A stretch of DNA of 64,000 nt from Chiloscyllium plagiosum (lineage: Eukaryota): the NCBI RefSeq assembly GCF_004010195.1, contig NC_057750.1, positions 15,246,537 to 15,310,536 of the forward strand, read 5' to 3'. Positions 49,481-63,051 of the stretch are shown in pieces (the first letter of the stretch is position 1; the number at the start of each line of letters is the position of its first letter). The translations under genes and the position numbers were made by a program. Under the pieces are notes generated by a model. The model made no database searches. It saw only the letters and a program-made list of their open reading frames with translations, and had not been told where the DNA came from.

Positions 49481-52370
49481 TAGAATATAGAACAATACAG
49501 CGCAAAACAGGACCTTCGGCCCTTGATGTTGCACCAACCTGTGAACTAATCCAAGCCCATCCCCCTACACGATCCCATCATCATCCATGTGCTTGTCCAA
49601 GGACCGTTTGAATGTCCTAATGTGGCTGAGTTAACCACATTGGCAGGCAGGGCATTCCACGCCCTTACCACTCTGAGTAAAGCACCTGCCTCTGACATCT
49701 GTCTTAAGTGTACCACCCCTCAATTTGTAGCTACACCCCCTCATAAAAGTCGACATCATCCTTGGAAAAAGGCTCTCACTCTCTACCCTATCTAATCCTC
49801 TGATCATCTTGTATGTCTCTATTAAATCCCCTCTTAGCTGCCTTCTCTCCAACGAGAACAGACCCAAGTCCCTCAGCCTTTCCTCATAAGACCTTCCCTC
49901 CAGACCAGGCAATATCCTGGTAAATCTCCACCGCAATTTTTCCAATGCTTCCACATCCTTCCTGTGATGCGGTGACCAGAACTACACAATACTCCAAGTG
50001 CGGCCACACGACTGTTTTGTACTGTTGCAGCATGATACCACAGCTCCAGAACTCAATCCCTCTCCCAATAATACCAAACACACCGGATGCCTTCTTAACA
50101 GCACTATCAACCTGGGTGGCAACTTTCAGGGAATTTGTGTACATGGACACCAAGATCCTTCTGCACTTCCAAGCTACCAAGAATCTTTCCATTGCCCCAG
50201 TATTCTATCTTCCTGTTATTCTTCCCGAAGTGAATCACCTCACATTTAGCTGCACTGAACACCATTAGCCACCTTTCAGCCCAATTCTGCAGTTTATCCA
50301 CATCCCCCTGCAATCTGCAACACTGTCCACCACTCCACCAACTTTAGTGGCATCTGCAAACTTACTAACCCATCCATCTCTGCCTGCATTCAAGTCATTA
50401 ATAAAATTGACAAACAGCAGTGGTCCCAAAACAGATCCTTGTGGCACACCACTAGTAATCAGAATCCAGGTTGAATATTTTCCATCAATCACCACTCGCT
50501 GCCTTCTTACAGAAAGACAGTTTCTAATCCAAACTGCTAAATTACTCTCAATCCCATGCCTCCACATTTTCTCCAAACGCCTACCATTTGGAACCTTATC
50601 AAAGGCTTTACTGAAGTCCATGTACACCATGTCAAATGCCCTGCCCTGCCCGCATCCACCTGGTCACCTTCTCAAAAAACTCAATGATGTTTGAGAGACA
50701 CGACCTGCCCTTGATGAAACCATGTTGACCATATCCAGTCAAATTGTTGCTTGCTAGATGATTATAAATCCTCTCTCTTATAACCCTTTCCAAAACGTTT
50801 CCTACAGACATAAGGCTCACTAGTCTTTAATACCTGGGTCATCTCTGCTACCCTTCTTGAATGGCACTTTGCAATCTTCCAGTCCTCTGGTACTAAACCT
50901 GTAGACAATCAAAGATCAAGGCCAAAGGCTCTGCCATCCTCCCTAGTTTCCTGGCCCAGGGGACTTGCACACCTTGTAGAATTGATAACACCACCTCCTT
51001 ACTAACCTCAATCCTTTATAGTCTCACAGCCAGTGTCTCAGTCTTCTCCTCTACAATATTCTCCTTTTCCTGAGTGAAAACAGATGAGAAATAGTTGTTT
51101 GCAGCTCTCCGATCTCCACAGGGTCCACACACAACTTCTCACTTCTGTCTTTGACTGGCCCCATTCCCACCCTAGTCATCCTTTCATCCCTCACATGCCT
51201 ATAGAAAGCTTTAGGGTTCTCCTTTATTCTACCTGCTAAAGACTGCTCATGTCTCCTCCTTGCTCTTCCTAACTCTCTAAATCCTTCCTAGCTAACTTGT
51301 AACTCACCATCACCTCATCGGAACCATCTCATCTCAACATCACCTAATCCTCGCTCTTCTGCTTAACAAGAGATACAATTTCTTTAGTAAACCACAGTTC
51401 TCTTACCTTATCACTTTCTACCTGCATGACAGGGACATACCTGTCAAGGACACACAATATCTGTTCCTTAAACCAGCTCCTCATTTCAATTGTCCCCATC
51501 CCCTGCATTTTGCTATCCCATTCTATGCCTCCCAAGTCCTGCCCAATCGCATTATAATTGCCCTTCCCCAATCTATAACCCTTGCCCTGTGGCATGTACC
51601 TATCCCTTTCCATCGCTAAACTAAATGTAACTGAATTATGGTCACTCTTCAAAGTACTCACCTACAACTAAATCAAACACCTGACCTGGTTCATTACCAA
51701 GTACCAGATCCAGTGTGGCCTCCCTTCTCGTCAGCCCTTCGACATACTGTGTCAGGAAACCCTCCTGCACACATTGGACAAAAACTGATCCATCCGACGT
51801 ACGAGAGTTAGAGCATTCCCAGTCAATGTTAGGGAAGTTAAAGTCCCTGTAATGACCACCCTGTTCCTTTCACTCCTAACCAGAACCATTTTGCTGATCC
51901 TCTCCTCCACCTCCCTGGAATCTGCGGAGGCCTACAAAAAACTCCCAGTGTGACCTCTCCTTCCCTGTTTCTAACCTCAGCCCATACCACCTCAGTAGGC
52001 GAGTCCTTGTCAAAAGTTCTTTCAGCCACCGTCATACAGTCCTTGACTATCAAAGCCACACCTCTCCATCATTTACTACCTTTCCTGATCTTAATGAAAG
52101 ATTTAAACCCTGGAACATGCAACATCCATTCCTGACCCTGCTCCATCCATGTCTCCGAAATTGCCACAACATTGAAGTCCCAGGTACGTATCCATGCTGC
52201 AAGCTCACCTACCTTATTCTGCACAGTCCTGGCATTGAAGTAGACACACTTCAAACCAGCTTCCTGTCTGCCAGCACACTCGCGTGACTGAAATCCTGCC
52301 CATGTCCTCCCTACTCACATCCATCCATACATTGGAACTACACCACAGGTTCCCATCACCCTGCTGGTCT
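49481..52370 (-). mobile_element. CR1 LINE, most of ORF2, frameshifted
   Basis: Endonuclease start KCVYFNART...VAISETW, SDHN, RT MDFSKAFDKVP, GVPQGSVLGP, KFADATK. Confidence 0.92.
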
Positions 52371-52743
52371 TGTAGTTCAACACCAGTTTCCTGCACTATC
52401 CCCAGTTTCAAAATTTAAAAATCTCAATTTCAGTCCTGAATATGCTCAATGATGGAAACCTCCATAACCATCTGGTGCAGGGATTTCTAAAGATTCACTA
52501 TTCAGTGGGAAACATCTCAGTTCTAAATGGCCTCTCCTTATATTCTTAGACTCCAATATAAAATAAAGAACTGCAGATACTGAAACCTTAAACACAAACA
52601 GAACTGCTGGTGAAACTCAACAGGTCTGGCAGCACCTGTGGGTACAAAGCTGAGTTAATATTTCGAGTCCTTCGACTACTCATCAGGTAAAGAGACTGCA
52701 CAATACTCCCAAATATGATCTCACCAAGGCTCTATATAATTGC

Positions 52744-52952
52744 GGCTGAAAATGTGTTGCTGGAAAAGCGCAGGTCAGGCAGCATCCAAGGAGCAGGAGA
52801 ATCGACGTTTCGGGCATGAGCCCTTCTTCAGGAAGAAGGGCTCATGTCCGAAATGTCGATTCTCCTGCTCCTTGGATGCTGCCTAACCTGCTGCACTTTT
52901 CCAGCAACACATTTTCAGCTCTGATCTCCAGCATCTGCAGTCCTCACTTTCT
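52744..52952. mobile_element. Fold-back Penelope-like pLTR insertion
   Basis: About 85-bp inverted arms meeting at about 52830; 13-bp TSD TCTATATAATTGC (52731-52743, 52953-52965). Confidence 0.85.
52801..52834 (-). ncRNA. Minimal hammerhead ribozyme motif, sense to the MTA1-like pre-mRNA
   Basis: ttc CTGAAGA A GGGC-TCAT-GCCC GAAA CGTC gat. Confidence 0.6.
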
Positions 52953-53568
52953 TCTATATAATTGCAGCAAGATACCCTGGACTCCCAAACTCAAGCCCTC
53001 TTATAATAAAGGCAAACATATCATTTGCATTCGTAAGTGGCTGCTGAATCAGAATGTTAACTCTCAATGATTTATGAAAAGAGCATCCAAGTATTTTTGA
53101 AGCTCACTATTTTCCAACTCCTCTCTATTTAAGAAATACTCTATTTTTGTTTTTCCTATCAAAGTGGATAAACTCACTTTTCTCCATTTCTGCCAAATTT
53201 TTGTCCACTCACTTTAGCTTCCTCAAAAAGCAAACAAAATCAGAACATACAGTATCTCAAGCTTGTTCTGCCATTCAATAAGAATAGGGCTGATCTGACC
53301 TCACCCCAACTTCAAGCATGTATCGGTTTCAACCTTCCATATGTTGAGCGAGGCCTTGGAAGGATTTGAACATGTCAGAGAATTTTAAAACTGTGCCAGA
53401 CATAAACAAGTGTCTCAGTGTAAACGGGGGATGGAGAAAGAGTCACATGCAAGTAAGGATACGGGCAGCGAAGTTTGGATAGGCTGCAGTTTGGAAGAGT
53501 TCAGTTACAGTATTCAGCTAGTGGCCAGTTATAGAGAAGAAACCCATTACATTTCTGGAGGGACTCAC

Positions 53569-53755
53569 ATTCTGCTTTGATAGCCGCACTGTTGATTGGT
53601 ATGAAGGGTCGCCGTGCTGCCTGCCGTGGGCGAAACAGGTTCTGACAGAAATACCGTGCAATTTTAGTGAGTCTCGTTGTCTGAAGACAGAATGCCTGCC
53701 GTGTCTTCAGTGTAAACTTGGGGTTGGCATTTTTCACCCAATACCCATGGGGATT
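53569..53755 (-). CDS. MTA1-like exon, R1 RBBP4/7-binding region
   Basis: [62 protein letters not shown]; tatag| and |gtgagt; 187 nt. Confidence 0.93.
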
Positions 53756-55412
53756 CTATAAGATAAGAACAGTCACACAGTTAGGAAACACATTCATCAC
53801 TGCACACAATACAGTTTATTTATAGTTTCAACTCTGCAGTTCGCATTAGAAGTTTAAAACGTGGAACAAAATAAAAGCATTTCAGCCTCTCCCTCTGTAG
53901 TTCACATCGAATCCAAGGATAAGGTTAATGCTGCAGAAGCTTCATTTTTAAATCTATCCATAAGAGAAACTATCAAGACTTCAATGACATCGTACATTCA
54001 GAAAACAGTGACACAGCCAGAACAATAAAAAAGTATAGTAAAGCAGTTGAATAGAGGAAACCTAAGCTTTCAAATTAGGCAGGCAGGCAGGATGAACAAA
54101 TCTATGGGAATGGCCATAAGAACAGTAGGTAAATTGTCCCTCAGTAGTACAGAACTTGAGTAATGCTGAAAAATGCTGTTGAAACCTTTAATTGGGCACT
54201 AATCAGGGCAAATGCAAGGAGGTCAAATTTCAGAGATAGCAACAATTTATACTCATGAGGAAAGCTAATTGGTTAAGTCATTGCCATGGAGGCTTTCATT
54301 TTCCATGCTTTAAAAGGTCTGATGCCAGGAGATTGTTTATTTTACTGCAGAGGCCCCCGTGTAGGAGTACATAGAGCTACTATGAGTGAGCCATAATGAG
54401 TTCAAATGATAAACTTAAATTGGTTGTTCATGAGTCAGGACTTTTCAGCAAGTGCTGCCCAAACACAAAATCACATTGAAAGTCACACATCATGTTCTGA
54501 ACTTGGAAAGCACAGGCTGGAATATGGACAGCCCTCAGTCTATTGCAAACAGTCCAAGGGCATGCTGCTTGATATCACTGGTTAGTTATGGTCACACGTG
54601 GCCTAACAAGATTATTATTTCAAACATTCCCTTGGGCTATTTGTAACAGGCTGAGAATTGTTCATACACAACTTGCCAGTGCTTTCAAAATTAAAAGCAC
54701 TTCTACAGACCCTGCAAATACTATCTTCTGTGCAGAGATCTTCCAGGGATCTCACCAATTGCCTGCTTCAAGATGTAATGCCCCACTCCTGGCCAAGGTC
54801 AACTTGAAAAGCAGGTTTAAACCTGAAGTTTCAAGTGCAAAAGAATTAACAATAGGAAAAAATGGGCCAAATAGCAATACAATTCAGTTCCATCATAAAT
54901 TAACCAAACTTCCAATCTCACTCTCCCAAAGTCTCTTACCCGGGTCTGTACTGGCTGATGTATGGCAGTGCCTAATAACATTTTACAAGTGTTGGGCAGA
55001 AACATCTTTCCAATATTCTCACCTTTACCTTCCCTGATTTGCAAACATGAAACTGTTTTTTTCCCCCAACTACTGTACACTCCTGAGTCACAGTTACTTC
55101 AGTTTTCTAGGAAGAGAATGTCACTTCACTGAAGTCAAACAAAACCCCTCATTACAATCTCAATATTGCCCCTAAAATTTCCTTCCGTCAGGAACACAAG
55201 AACAAGAGGAAACCATTCAGCCCATTGATCCTGCCCCACATCTGCGCGCACACACACACACACAATACCCCTTGTGCCATTAATCAATTACGACCTTGAA
55301 TCCGCTCAACCAATGGAATTTCCCACCCCCAGGGCACTGTGGAAGCTCAAAGATTTACTGACGTGAAGAAATTCCTTCACTAATGGCTTCCCTGGAAATT
55401 GTAACATCTTAC

Positions 55413-55564
55413 CGAGCTGTTACGGTTAGGTCCAGGTCTCTCACCCTCCAGCCTCGTTGGCATCTTCAGGCCACCATATTTCTTCCAGTAATTCCAGCAA
55501 GCTGCGCACAGTCTGCACTGCATATTCGGAGGGCCCCATGAATACCACTGGTATGACTGGGTTG
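55413..55564 (-). CDS. MTA1-like exon, second half of GATA zinc finger
   Basis: (T)[54 protein letters not shown] flanks; 152 nt. Confidence 0.95.
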
Positions 55565-56157
55565 CTAGGGTGTTAGGGGAAGAGGAAAAACAAAAAAAAA
55601 AGCATCAACCTGTCTTGAGTGGTAACACATCACTGACTCTGGGCACTTACACTGATGTTTAAATACAACTCAGCAAGTGCTAGCAATTGCCATTACACGT
55701 GCCCAAAGTGACTGGTTTAGAAGGCCAGAGTTCCACTTTAGGAGGGGAGTCAGTGTAGTTTTGGAATGGTTGCCTGATAAACAGAAATGAAAAACTTGAA
55801 CTTTCAAAGTTTGCATCGTCAAAATGCTCTGGTCGCATACAAGAATCGTTTAAGGCAAGCCATCAATATGTGAATGATACAAATACTGGCAAGCATGCAT
55901 TAAGGGCAAGATAGCAATAACATCCCCCTAGAAATATCTTGAATATTAGTTGGATTAAATACAGTCATTTGGTAGTACAGCACCAGAATGGAGTTGAAAA
56001 GAGAAACAAGTTGCTGAGGACTTCTTTCTTGCTCACTTCAGTACAAATGCAAGAATGCCAAATTTCAAACAAACAATCTCAACAATTTATACCAAGAGGG
56101 AGTGAGTGCTGAATGACTGATTGAGCAATATTTGCTGTCCAGTTGCAGAATCGCAAT

Positions 56158-57150
56158 TGTTATGGACCAGACCAGATCCCCTCAAAACATTTCAAGGAGG
56201 TAGCCCAGACCCTAACTTTGCTCGTTGTTTCAAGCAGATGTAAAATGGATATTCCATAGAACAGAATAGAATCCCTTCAGTGTGAACACAGACCCTTCAG
56301 CCAACAAGTACACACTGACCTTCCCAAGAGTAACCCATTGAGACCCACTCCCATCCTATATTTACCCCTAACTAATGCACATCATTCATATATCCCTGAA
56401 CACTATGGGCAATTTAACATGGTCAATACACCTAAACAGCACACCTTTGGATTGTGGGAGGAAACTGGAACACCCAGAGAAAACCCACACAGACACAGGG
56501 AGAATGTGCAAAGTCCACACACAGTCACCCAAGACTGGAATCGAACCCAGGTCCCTGGCGCTGTGAGGCAGCAGCGTTAACTACTAAGCTACCATGCTGC
56601 CAAGAGAGGTTGGAGAGAATAGGCTGGTCAAACCACTTAGTTTTAAACAAAACAGAATTTATTTACAAGAATACTACATGAAACATAAACAACAGAAAAC
56701 AGAATACCGAATAACTCATCCTATCCGAAAATCCAACAGATCATCCCACCTTAATGATGCTGTTCCAAATACTTGCCATAATCCCCATGAACACCCCTTG
56801 CGATAAAATGTAAAATAAAACACAAGTTCTTACAGGTCAGAAGTCAAAGAAAGAGTACCAGCCTGGACCTACTCCTGTGGGTCCAGCAGTCATTGTTACA
56901 CACAAATGCTGAAAATAAACCAGAGAGAAGCTGAACTGGGAGAACTGGCCACACCTCTTTCACAGTACAAGTCTTTTTTAAAGAAAAACTTGAAAGCCTT
57001 ATGCCTGAGGCAGTCTCTGTTAGCTATTATCAACTTGGTGCTAAAACCCTTCAAACCTCCAGACTTTTCAGAGTCTGTGTCATTTATGACCTCTGGGAAA
57101 AAACAACCAAGGACTTCATAACCTTGTTAAAGGAGCAGCTTCAGCGTACA
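56158..57150. mobile_element. Possible solo LTR containing a SINE (minus strand, about 56265-56600)
   Basis: Starts TGTTATGG, ends ...GTACA, internal AATAAA on the minus strand; TSD ambiguous. The inner SINE is clear. Confidence 0.4.
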
Positions 57151-58129
57151 ATTAACAGATGTTTTATTTTGGGTTTAACAAGCATGGGTTGTCAGAGTAT
57201 GGTCTGCACTCTGCCTAATCCTTATACTAACATACACAAACAACCAATTTAAGATAACTAATTGAGCTTGTAACCTTTCTCATTCACACTTACTAGAAGT
57301 GACATGCATTAATAAACTGGAATCTGCTATCTGCAAACAAAAGGAATACGTTCTAGTGTCTTGTATCATTGAAAATACTTGGGGGGGGTACATACTTCCC
57401 TACTGCTTTCTCCATGGCAACACTTCAGCCAATCAGAGTCAACTTGCCAAGCAATCAGTCCCTTTTCTGCTGTGCTATAAACTGTCTGATGGTTTGCAAT
57501 TTGGTATTCTTGCATTTATCCGAGTGCAGGTCAAAAAGTGCCAGAAACAGGTCTCTCACTTCAGCATTATTTGCATCTGTGGTCATCTTATTAAGAAAGT
57601 CTTGATATTGAGTCCTGGTGGTTGCAGGGTTCCTAAGTGGAAAATGCAGTGATGTTCTTCCAGCTTAGTTGAGCCTCACTGGAGCAAGGTGCGGGAGCAA
57701 GGGGCACAGATAAAGTAATTGCTCAGGATGCTAGATAAGGCTGCAGCAGAACCTAAAAGATACCAGAGGCAGATGGATGGACCACTTACCACTTCAGGCA
57801 ACAAGGTTGAGTAAAGTACAGGTAAAACTCTCTCTGGGCAGGTACAGCATGGGTTGGCCACAGAAAATGTTTCTCTCTGCTGGCTCATTTAACAATCCCA
57901 CAGAAACTACAATGAGGGTTGAGTATGAAGTAAAGCACTTCAAGACTGCTGTAGAAACTCGTTCCATTCAGCCTCAACCAAGAATCCCCCATGAAATGAA
58001 TGCTCCAGCCCCAATCAGACAGTATGTTGCCTCCATGTTTGTTGGTAGCAACTTTAGCCTATAACCACTCAGAAGTAGTCTAAGTAGCAACCAAACATAG
58101 CATCCCTTACAATCAGAAGACAGAGGAGG

Positions 58130-59520
58130 CATTTAGTCACAATGTGGTCTCCTCCACATAGGGAGATGCAATCAGAACAGGCAACCATTTTGCAGAACAC
58201 TTATGTTCTGTCTGGAAAAATGATCCTCAGCTTCCAGGTGCTTGACACTTCAACACACCACCATGCATCCTGGCTAGCAATTCCATTCTCAGGCCTGCTG
58301 CAATGCTCCACTGAGGCTCAGCTAAGCTGGAAGAACACCACTGCATTTTCCACTTGGGGACCCTGCAGCCACCAGGACTCAATATCAAGTTTAATCATTT
58401 TAGATAAAACAATGGACTACAGATGCTGGAGGTCTGAAACAAATACAGATGCCGCCAGACATGTTAAATTCTCCAGAAATTTCAGCTTCTGTTTCAGTAA
58501 TTTTACAATCTGAACATCTTTTATGTCCCTTTACCCTCCCACCACATAAGAGGCCTTATCATTACATGGGCTGCTTTCAGCATATCCAATCCATGTTTAC
58601 CCATATCTCCTCCCCATTATCACCTTTTCTTTCTCCTTAGCATAATATCATTCATCTCTTGGTCTCCTTAACTGTTGTTCTCCCTCTGAGCTCTATCTCT
58701 GCCTGGTACCTTTTAGCCAGCTCACCCTGTCTTCAGCGTATTGCACCGCCTTTGCCTAGGTATATCAATAGGAAGGGTTTAACAGGGATATGGGCCAAAT
58801 TCTGGAAAATGGGACTAGATTAATTTAGGATATCTGGTCATCATAGACACATTAGACCAAAAGGTCTGTTTCCATACTGTACATCTCTATGACTCTCAGT
58901 GCTGAAGGTGGGTCACTGGACTTGAAATGCTAAAACAGCTTTCTCTCCACAGATTTTGATTTGATTTATTATTGTCACATGTACTGAGATACAGTGAAAA
59001 GTGTTATTTTGCATGCTGTACGGGCAGATTGTACTTTACAAAATGCATCAAGTAGCAGAACAGAGTGTAGAATAGTGTTACAGCTACAGAGAAGGTGCAG
59101 AGAAAGAGATCAACATAACATTTGAGAGTTCTATTCAAAAGTCTGATAGGAGGAAGCTGTTCTTGAATCTGTTCATATGTGTACTTAAACTTTTATACCT
59201 TTTGTCCGACAGAAGAGAATGGGAGAGATCTTTGATTATGTTGGTCGTTTTACAAGGCAACAGAAAGTATAGATGGGGTCAGTGGATGGAAGGTTGGTTT
59301 GCATGATCGACTGGGTTGTGTTCACGACTCTCCAGTTTATTACAGTCTTGGCAAGAGCAGTTGCCATTTCAAGCTGTGATGCATCTGGATAGGATGCTTT
59401 CAAGAGTGATCTATAAAAACTGCAAAGTGTCTTTGTGGACATGCTGAAATTTCCTTAGTCACCTGAAAATGCTGTCAGACCTACTGAGTTTCTCCAGCAA
59501 TTTCTGTTTTTGTTTGAGGC
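58130..59520. mobile_element. Old Penelope-like element (+) with a nested Rex1/Babar fragment (about 58960-59470, minus) and a CR1 tail
   Basis: QCGLLHIG GIY-YIG-like remnant near 58140; decayed ribozyme motif at about 58900-58935; inner piece similar to 26975-27400. Confidence 0.55.
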
Positions 59521-59994
59521 ATTCTGAGTTCAATTGAAAATCAATGCATCAGAGGTGAGAGGTCTCTTCCTGATTCACTACACTAAATTGAAAAGAACTC
59601 CCAGCCCCAAGGGGTTCCTGTAACTTGCATTAGCATGCTGGTACCCCAAATCTTCATAGCAAGGGAAATACTACACAAAGAATCAGTGGCAGGAGGTTAG
59701 AAGAAGTGCCCAGAAGTGCAATTAGCAATGTCTGAGTTCAATCAGGTGTCAACTAGCTATTCTACCAGGAACTGGTACCTGATGTCTTGCCGAAAATAAT
59801 CCTGCACTGTCTGTTAATAGCTTGGATGTGGGATTGAACCAGACAGTTTACCAGAGCCCAAGGGCCTCCAATCCTGTTCACTGGCCAAGCAAATTCCTAA
59901 ATGCGTGTGCATTTTCTGCTCTTAGACACATTACAAAATGGCATTTATACCATCAGCAACGAGCACATAGGGAACAGCAGTATGGTCTACTTAC

Positions 59995-60116
59995 TGTAGC
60001 AGCTCTCACAAGCCCTGCCAGCTCCTCCATTCTGTCCTGGGAACCCAGCTCCATTCACCATCCCTGGTTTGCTGACTGCGTTATTCACATTGATCTGGTT
60101 AGGGTTTGGTTTGTTG
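59995..60116 (-). CDS. MTA1-like exon, first half of GATA zinc finger (CESC)
   Basis: ttctttag|NKPNPNQINVNNAVSKPGMVNGAGFPGQNGGAGRACESCY|gtaagt; 122 nt, phases consistent. Confidence 0.93.
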
Positions 60117-60879
60117 CTAAAGAAAATAAAAGTGACGAAAATTGAAAGCTACAGACAGGGTGATGGCGTCTGATTAGCATGACACCACATCTTGCACAAA
60201 ATAAATCTCACTGCTGCAAACTGGTGATGTGGATCTTACTTTCAGTCTCTACAGTTGCAAACAGAAAAACAATGCTCTTAACGGCTGAGCTGCCAAAAAT
60301 CACAAATATACTGATCAAAAAAATACCAGTCCCGAAAGAACGGGTACGAGATGGAGAGCAGACAAAACAACTGGTTCAAACAGGCTCCCCACAACAAACC
60401 ACCCTTCTGACAATCATTACTGTTCACACATATAGAAAGATTACATGGCTAAGGAACCCATGAAACTGTATTCCAAGATGCAAGATTCAGAAGAAACAAA
60501 GAAAGAAAATTTAGAGTCAGTAGAAAGATTTTGCAGGTAAGCATCTACTCGCATTACAACATGCAATAATATTTAAAATGGATCAGTGTCTCAAAAACAC
60601 TATGAACTCCAACTCAACTGTTGAGAAAGCAAGGATGTCACCAGCAAGTAAAAACTGGACCATAGGTTATTTGACACGCCCTCCACTTAGAGAACTTGCA
60701 AAATGTTATTAAATAACTTGTGTTAAACCGAACATAGAATTATCTGTCTCGTGGGTGTGAGTGAATTTTTAAGGATTTCAGACTAGGATTAGTGGCAACT
60801 GTTACATTTCATTACAGCTCTTGACAATGACACCTCATTCTTTTTCCACTAAGATGACAAAATATGTGGGAGTACTTAC

Positions 60880-60938
60880 TAGTTGGGGATGTAGACCTGT
60901 TTTAGTCGACTCTCTGCTTCAGCTGCTTTCAAACGTTT
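60880..60938 (-). CDS. MTA1-like exon
   Basis: ttttcacag|KRLKAAEAESRLKQVYIPN(Y)|gtaagt; 59 nt. Confidence 0.93.
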
Positions 60939-63051
60939 CTGTGAAAACAGAATGGTATTGGTTAGCCAGCACACTCTACTATCCCTTCCTTACTGATACT
61001 TTATTTCCTTTCTCCTTTTGAGAGATATGGGCATAGCTGACAAACCAGTATCTGGTTCTCTTCTCTCATTGCCTTGAGCAGAGTGTCCATTTCAGAGGCA
61101 GTTAAGAGTCACAACACAGGTCAAGTCAGGTACTGATGGCAGATTTCCTTCCAGAAAGGACACGGGTGACCCAGTTGGGTGGATTGTTACAACAATGGGC
61201 AATGGTTAAGTGGCCATCATGAGAAGAGCTTTTAATTCCAGATTTCATTGGATTCAAATTTCACCATCTGCCATGGTGGGGATGTGAACCCATGACTCCA
61301 AACTGTTAATCTGGGATTCTGATTTTTTGTCCAGTGACATTACCACGACATCATGACCTCCCCATGCATTAAAAACTCAGATACATTTGGAGGGCAGATT
61401 ATTCTTCAAAATGCCGCTGCTCACAGCCTTGGACAATAGCGCTTGGGATCCATGAAGATTTAAATCGCTGGATTCTATATCCACAGGACATCTGTACCAA
61501 AGCACCACCACATACATATATATTGCTGCAACCCCTGCTGAGCTTCACCTTGATAGGTACCTGAGAAGGATATGAGGTACCTGACAGAGTCAAAACGACT
61601 TGCACAGGTAGAGTTGGGACAGCTGTTTTCTCTTTGGTCTGCATACTATGCTGCTGCGGTGCAGATTTTTAATTATGAAAGCAGTAGTAAGTCTCTCCTG
61701 TAGTAATTCACTCACCATCACAGAACAGCAGCTTAGACTGCCTCTGCATCCCTATGAGGAGGAACAGAGGGAAGCAAAAAAAAAAGCTTCCTGTGAAGGT
61801 AGGAACAACCAAAAAGTGGGACCAGAAGTGGGACGGGGGGATCTTGGGGCTGCCCAATGCAGAAGAAGTAGAAAAATCTGACTATCCTTGCATTGCGATC
61901 TTTTTCCCATATCTTGTTTGACACACAGGAATATTCAACGATCAGACTGAGCCCAAAGTCCATTCCCAATCCCTCTTGAATCCCAAAACCCACAGCCTAA
62001 TACCTCCTGAGCTCCAAAGACCCACTCCCTACTCCACCTGAGCAAAGATACACACCCTGAACCTCAAAACCTTCTTCGCCATTTCTAAACTCAAAACCCC
62101 CTCCCTGATATACAGTCCCATATCACAGGTTGTGACGAATGACTTAAGATGTTCATTTGGGGCAACAGCAATGACAATGGTTTTGCTCACAGGTGAGTAC
62201 AGTTGGGAAGTAACAGTAAATCACAAAGTACACAGCATGAAGTGCCAACACCACCACACCAACCTAAAAGGAACAGCAGTCCCATCACTAGCACAGCATT
62301 GCTTGAAAATGGTGATAGTACAATTCCAGCTGCAGAAAGCCGTCAAACCTTTGTAAGCGGACGATGGTGTTACACAGGTCAGTACTAGTTTTAACAATAC
62401 TGGTTGATGAAATAATATCGAGACCTCCAAGAAACTGGAATTGCTCCCATTGCAGATATATGAATGGAAATGCTCAAAATGGCAATAGAGGAGATGAGGG
62501 TCAGTGACCAAAAGAGACAGATTTATGAAAACTGGCAAAATAACCAGGAGGAACTTCTTTATCCAGATAATGACCTGCAAGGAGCTGCTTGAAGAGGTGT
62601 TAGATACAGATTAAATGGCGACTTTCAAAAGGAGACTTTGATAAATATTCGAAAGGGAACAAATCTACAGGCCTATAAGGCTAATGGGATCTAATGAGTA
62701 GGAGTTATCCAAAGATTATAAGAAATTGGAGTCAGCCATTCAGAGACTGTCGAGCGTGCTCTGTTGTTCAATAAAAGACCCGATTGCGGCCTTACTGCCA
62801 CTTTCCTGCCTGCGCTCCCATTAACGCCTAACTCCCAAGTTGATCAAAAGTCTGTCTTACTCAGGCATGAGTATATTTGGTGACCCAGTCTCCACTGCTT
62901 TCAAAAAGGAACAGAATTCCACACACCCTGGAGTTTAGACTCAGCCTGCCCAGCCTTACCTTTAATACACCCACTCTCTCAACTGCTCCTGACAGATAAC
63001 CTTCAAACAAAGAGGATATGCAAAATAATATGCAATTTCTTGGGTGTTGTT

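Noticed and set aside
49481..52370. Active autonomous LINE
   Set aside because: ORF2 is broken by multiple frameshifts and stops; no intact RT ORF is seen anywhere in the window.
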